Positions 59,525-64,000 of a stretch of DNA of 64,000 nt are shown here, piece after piece (the first letter of the stretch is position 1; every line of letters starts with the position of its first letter). Origin of the DNA: Asterionella formosa (lineage: Eukaryota); the NCBI GenBank assembly GCA_002256025.1, contig NKIB01009402.1:1-64000 (forward strand), given 5' to 3'. The position numbers were made by a program, and so were the translations under genes. The notes below the pieces were generated by a model. The model saw only the letters and a program-made list of their open reading frames with translations, was not told the origin of the DNA and searched no databases.

Positions 59525-62071
59525 ATGTCCTGGATGAGAGCGAGCAGCAGCAGCAACACGAATGCAGTGGTTGTTCCACTGCCGTCTGACATTAGGCTGG
59601 GCTTGACGGAGATGAGCGAAAATGACATTGGAAACCAGTACTTCAACTACTTGATCAACGCCAAGGTCAAAGAATTCATTGAATCAGAAGGCGGGGACTT
59701 TCAGTCACTCGTGAACGAGCTCGTTTCGGAATTAAGAAGCATGGGCGTTCGCTTCCTGCAACAGGAAGAGATCGGCTGGGAACTAGCAGGTGACGATGTG
59801 GTTTATACCATAGTGCGCCAGTCCATTAGTGATGCTGCCGTCGTCTACGATCCAGGGGCTGCAGCGAACCTCCCTGTCTCTGGCAACAAGGTAGTAGCTC
59901 CACTGCCAGCGGATGTGGTGTTCTCAAAGGCTTCCACGGATCATGTCGGAAACATAGCGTTTCAGAATTTAGTGAGGCTCCATTCGCAATGGCCGGCGCA
60001 TTCTTCGAAAGAGGAAGCATTGGTGGTGAACTTTCTCATGGCGAGGACCCGCGCTGTTGGTGGACGGTTCCTTGTGGACGACGACGACGCGGATCGACCT
60101 GGGCTGGTCCAAGTGGCGACTAGGGAGCAAGCGTATGCCAATGTCACGAGATTGCTTCGCTATTACCGAGTAATCGCATTGCATTCGAACGAAAGGCAGA
60201 TAGCACCACCACCATTGATGGAGATCCCTTGGGGCCCAGTGGAGGAAGTTGACCGGAATTATATTGCCAAGGCGAAAATTGATTCTCTTTGTCATGGAAG
60301 CGACAAAAGCAAACGCACAGCAATGCACTCCAAACTCATGCAACAGAAATCGGTGGAGATGCCAATGCTGGCAGGATACTCTCGAAATGTTGAAGCTGTT
60401 GATGTGCAGAGGACAAAGAACGTTGCCTCATCAGTGGGGGGCGTTTCTCTTCAAGGAACTTTGGCTTCGAGTGCTGACTCACCTGGCACGGGAATGAATA
60501 GCATGCATTCGCCTCCTGGAAACGATGAAGGCGACAAGTCTAACGTGCCTCGACGTGGCAAACGTACTCTCACTCCATACTCTCGCGTGTCTCTCAGAAC
60601 TGCCGTTGGCCAAGACTCTGCCGAACATGAAGATCATTCGACTCACCAGCATGCACCACATCAAGGCCTAGCAACTCGCGTTCCTTCTGCATCACTTGAG
60701 ACTAACCCTCTCCCTAAAAGAACTTTGTTTGCAAGAAGGGTTGTCTTTGGTGATAATGTGCCTACCGAAATTTTTAATTTTGACGTACACACTAGCTTCG
60801 TTGAGTCGATTGAACAAAAAATCAAATATTTCGAAGGACACAATATTAGCTTGACTGATAAAATCATTGAAGATCTTGCTACGAGTGTCGTGGAGCAGCA
60901 TATTTCCGGTGGAGGTACATTCGCCATGTTTTATGAAAATCATTTATTTGACAAAGTCACAAAGCCGAACGCTGTGACTCTTGTCAAGGCCATATTAATT
61001 GATGCCATAGTTGAAACAGAGACTTCTGGAAACAGTACAAAAGTAAGTTTCCAACTAAAAAGAATCCTATCCGTGGGACAAGAGAATTGGAGTGCCCCAC
61101 CCATGTCTGCCTTGAAGCGGCAAAAGCAAGAATCAAACGTCAAGGAGACATTGCCGCCTTCTTTTCAACCTTCGCGGGGGCCAACGACCGCACAGCGTCA
61201 TCAACTACAGTCTGGTCCAGAAGCGTGTCTCACAGGACCAAATAGGACTCCTTTCCCTAATCCCGCAACGAACACTAACAACGTGACGAATACAGTTCGT
61301 CCAGTCGAAACGATGACTGCATCGTCCAAGGTGGTGGCACCTGTTGTGCATCAAACACCATTGGAGGTCCAACAATTTGCTCGAGATTCTGTGAAGCTGA
61401 GAAACATGCCTGTGTATCAAGACAATGAAAACGTCATGAGGAAGGCTAATGGACAAGAACATCAAAACAACCAACAAGAGGGGGATTACAGTCTGCTGAA
61501 AAAGCAGCAGCATCAAGATGTCATGAAACACCACAAAATGCTTGATCAAGTTAGCCATGGAAAAAATTCAGAAAGCCATAGTCCATCAGAGCAAATGGGC
61601 AATACATTAGCAATGCCACAACGAGTTCAACTAGGATATGAGCATCAAGATATTGGTATGCATACCCCCGTGTCGGAATTATCAACAATTGTTTTGCAAA
61701 TGTCTTCCATTTTGCAGAAACTCGCATCGGCCAGTGCAGGTCAGTCAAGACTTGAGATGCAGAAAATGAAACAAGAATTACTCACTCTCCTGAAGGTTTG
61801 TAAATCAAAAATCAACCCCGTCATTGTCCCTGATCTGGAGAAGGAACAGATTGAGAATATATCGCCCTTATCGGACGATGATAATGGAAGTGGCGTTGTA
61901 TCATCCGTGAATGGTAGAGGCAAATGGCAGTTTTTCCCCTTGACACGTCCGATCAATGTTGCACATTATTGTGTCAAAAGTGATTGGAGACTCGTACTGA
62001 TTCCATTAGACGGCCAGGCAGAGGATCCTATCCAATTGCTTCCCGGACAATTTGAATATTTGATTCATTAG
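59525..62071 (+). CDS. Hypothetical protein with repeated DUF6824-like domains
   Basis: 848-aa ORF. Repeats PLPSDI...IGNQYF...GVRFL and PLPADV...HVGNIAF...GGRFL, with a third degenerate copy (GGTFA). Confidence 0.7.
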   Translation: MSWMRASSSSNTNAVVVPLPSDIRLGLTEMSENDIGNQYFNYLINAKVKEFIESEGGDFQSLVNELVSELRSMGVRFLQQEEIGWELAGDDVVYTIVRQSISDAAVVYDPGAAANLPVSGNKVVAPLPADVVFSKASTDHVGNIAFQNLVRLHSQWPAHSSKEEALVVNFLMARTRAVGGRFLVDDDDADRPGLVQVATREQAYANVTRLLRYYRVIALHSNERQIAPPPLMEIPWGPVEEVDRNYIAKAKIDSLCHGSDKSKRTAMHSKLMQQKSVEMPMLAGYSRNVEAVDVQRTKNVASSVGGVSLQGTLASSADSPGTGMNSMHSPPGNDEGDKSNVPRRGKRTLTPYSRVSLRTAVGQDSAEHEDHSTHQHAPHQGLATRVPSASLETNPLPKRTLFARRVVFGDNVPTEIFNFDVHTSFVESIEQKIKYFEGHNISLTDKIIEDLATSVVEQHISGGGTFAMFYENHLFDKVTKPNAVTLVKAILIDAIVETETSGNSTKVSFQLKRILSVGQENWSAPPMSALKRQKQESNVKETLPPSFQPSRGPTTAQRHQLQSGPEACLTGPNRTPFPNPATNTNNVTNTVRPVETMTASSKVVAPVVHQTPLEVQQFARDSVKLRNMPVYQDNENVMRKANGQEHQNNQQEGDYSLLKKQQHQDVMKHHKMLDQVSHGKNSESHSPSEQMGNTLAMPQRVQLGYEHQDIGMHTPVSELSTIVLQMSSILQKLASASAGQSRLEMQKMKQELLTLLKVCKSKINPVIVPDLEKEQIENISPLSDDDNGSGVVSSVNGRGKWQFFPLTRPINVAHYCVKSDWRLVLIPLDGQAEDPIQLLPGQFEYLIH

Positions 62072-62211
62072 TAAATGTACATTCCCCAACATGACAGTGA
62101 ATTCCTAGTCATCAACATATAATTCTCCCTATCCTAAATAGAAATCATCAATTGCTTATTACAGTCCTATATATCGAGTCATGTTAGAAATATACTCCAC
62201 GCCTAGAAATC

Positions 62212-64000
62212 TCAATCGTCACCACCTTGCTTGTCCTCATCCTCCTTGTCATTGTCCTTGGGTTCTCCTTGTTGCGCATCTTCATCTGGCGACCTTTCCT
62301 CGCCGCCCTTCTCCTTCTTGTCCTTGGCATTCTCTACTTCCTTCACTTCTTCAGCCAACGCCACATCGTCCTTTTCCAACATTTTCTTCAATTTGTCCCC
62401 CATGGCAGCATGCCAAAGAGAAAACCCAAGCTGGGTAGGGTGTCCACGAATGCTAATACGATCCGTCAAAAGGACATATTTGCTCCCCTCGACACGTTCG
62501 GCAAAGATGGCCGTGGCATCAAAAAAGGTAACCTTATCATGCTTGTCGGCAAATTTGCGTAGCTCGTCATTAATGGCATGAATCGATGTCCACAATGGGA
62601 GCTTGGTGGGTTTAACAAATATCTTGGTAGGATCACGTGCCTTGATCTTTTTCTTGGCAAAGTCAATTCTTGGATTGACCGGATCATGGGCAATTGTCTT
62701 GAGGTATTTCTTTTCCTTCTTTCGTTCGCCCTTTGTTTTGGGCTGCTGTTTTTTGGAAATGTCGCCTTCCTCTGCCTCTTCTTCCTTCTCCTTCTTTCTC
62801 TGTGCTCTCTTTTCTTCCTTGGAGAGTAAGTGACGTCTATCACCAGGAGGTCCCTTTTTGGGCATTTTTTCCTTTCCAGGAAATCCCGCACCTCCCTTTT
62901 TCTTTGCACGGTACTCCATGGCAATCGTGGTGGATTCTGGGCGCTGATACCGCAATTCTGGTGGTACGCCCTTGAGTGCCGGGTCTTGAGCAATCGCACC
63001 AGGATTGACCACCATGGGCCGTCCCTTGACAGGTCGAAAGGCATCCCGAAAGTCCATCATTTCCGGGAAAATCCCTCCACGCAAGTCGGCCATTGGCAAC
63101 ATTGAATTAATGACAATGTGTGCATCTGGCTTCCGGGACATGATTTCTTCAACGACTCGAAGTGTTCCAAGAACGACCACTTCTTCTGAGCATTGCATCC
63201 GTCCAAGATCATTCATCCCAAGGGACAGCCACCAAACGCGTGGATTCAATTCTGGAGGCATTTCGCCATGAAGGATTCTCCAAAGGACATTTGGCGACTA
63301 TTGTATTTTGCAGTCGTAGCATTAGTGATAGTAGCAGTGAGGGTTTGGTGAGTTTGACAACAGGAATCAAAGAGAGAGTCACTACTGTTGAACATCCGAA
63401 CTTACCGTGTCTCCAGCAATACCAAGTGCCACCCCTTCAATTCCCGAATTCTGCGTCTTAAAATGTTGATTGAACGACTTGGCCACTGGCTTGAGGTCTT
63501 CTGTTTGTGGACGTCCCAACCATCGTCCGTCCATTTCTTCAATGAGCGATTCTCCCAAAAAGGCCACATCCAAATGGTCCGAATCGAGGTAGGGCTCGAC
63601 ACATTTCTTGTTCTCATGGTGTGCTGCGACCCACCCCTTGAACTCTCCTCTCGAGGTGGGTTCCAATGGGTCTTCACATCGACATGAGTTGTTGTCTCCC
63701 TTGAGGCACCAATGATCTATTTTGCCAGTCGTGAGGTCGTATTCGCTTTGAATGTTGGAGTAGTCCGTCCCAATGACTCCAAAGGTTTCCGTTGGATTCA
63801 CAATGACATTGGCCAACACGATCATGGTCAGAGCCACTGCGGCCAATGAAAGGCAGGTGCAGCACCTGGGGTGAGCGTAGCACATGTATGACAGCCATGC
63901 AGATGCGTAGGATGTCAGGAGAGTATGAGGTGCTCGTGACGACGACGAAGGAACATCGAGTTGCCCCTTGGTCAAGTGATCCAAATTCAGCGGGGTTTGT
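62212..64000 (-). CDS. SGNH/GDSL hydrolase (PAF-acetylhydrolase Ib-like) with N-terminal TM; 5' end outside the window
   Basis: An upstream exon open to the window edge contains VAFLGESL and LGIAGDT. A GTAAGT...TAG intron at 63405-63298 joins it to SPNVLWRI...LGMNDL...RGHPT. Confidence 0.82.

Noticed and set aside
1..64000. tRNA, rRNA, snRNA or snoRNA genes
   Set aside because: None were recognisable by eye. A tRNAscan-SE/Infernal run is needed to exclude them.

Overview
Gene-dense nuclear DNA from a eukaryote, most likely a diatom. The evidence is short GT-AG introns, a plastid-targeted GSII with the ASAF bipartite motif, DUF6824-like and secreted SET-domain proteins, and an aureochrome-type zipper. 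About 24 protein genes are supported: BI-1/LFG family protein, SAM methyltransferase, dymeclin, AP-3 sigma, plastid glutamine synthetase II, uL30 family protein, GDPD, deaminase, PI-PLC, PHD protein, ACBP-ankyrin protein, two tandem ABCG half-transporters, adrenodoxin-type ferredoxin, TLC protein, SGNH hydrolase and several hypotheticals. Decayed DNA transposons (pogo/Tigger-like, probable Mutator-like, MITE-like inverted repeats) lie between genes, and there is a 10-N assembly gap at 5503-5512. The strongest leads are: (1) a mitochondrion-targeted RquA (rhodoquinone synthesis) homologue next to a mitochondrial-type ferredoxin; (2) a secretory-pathway protein fusing two SET domains to three Fe(II)/2OG-dioxygenase-like repeats, a candidate combined lysine methylase/hydroxylase for silica cell-wall proteins; (3) a small protein with an aureochrome-type leucine zipper but no DNA-binding basic region and no LOV domain; (4) a TatD-linked radical-SAM homologue lacking its CxxxCxxC motif; (5) a pervasive palindromic GGTACC/ACCWGGT/ACCGGT intergenic motif. 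All family calls come from motif recognition by eye. No searches were run.
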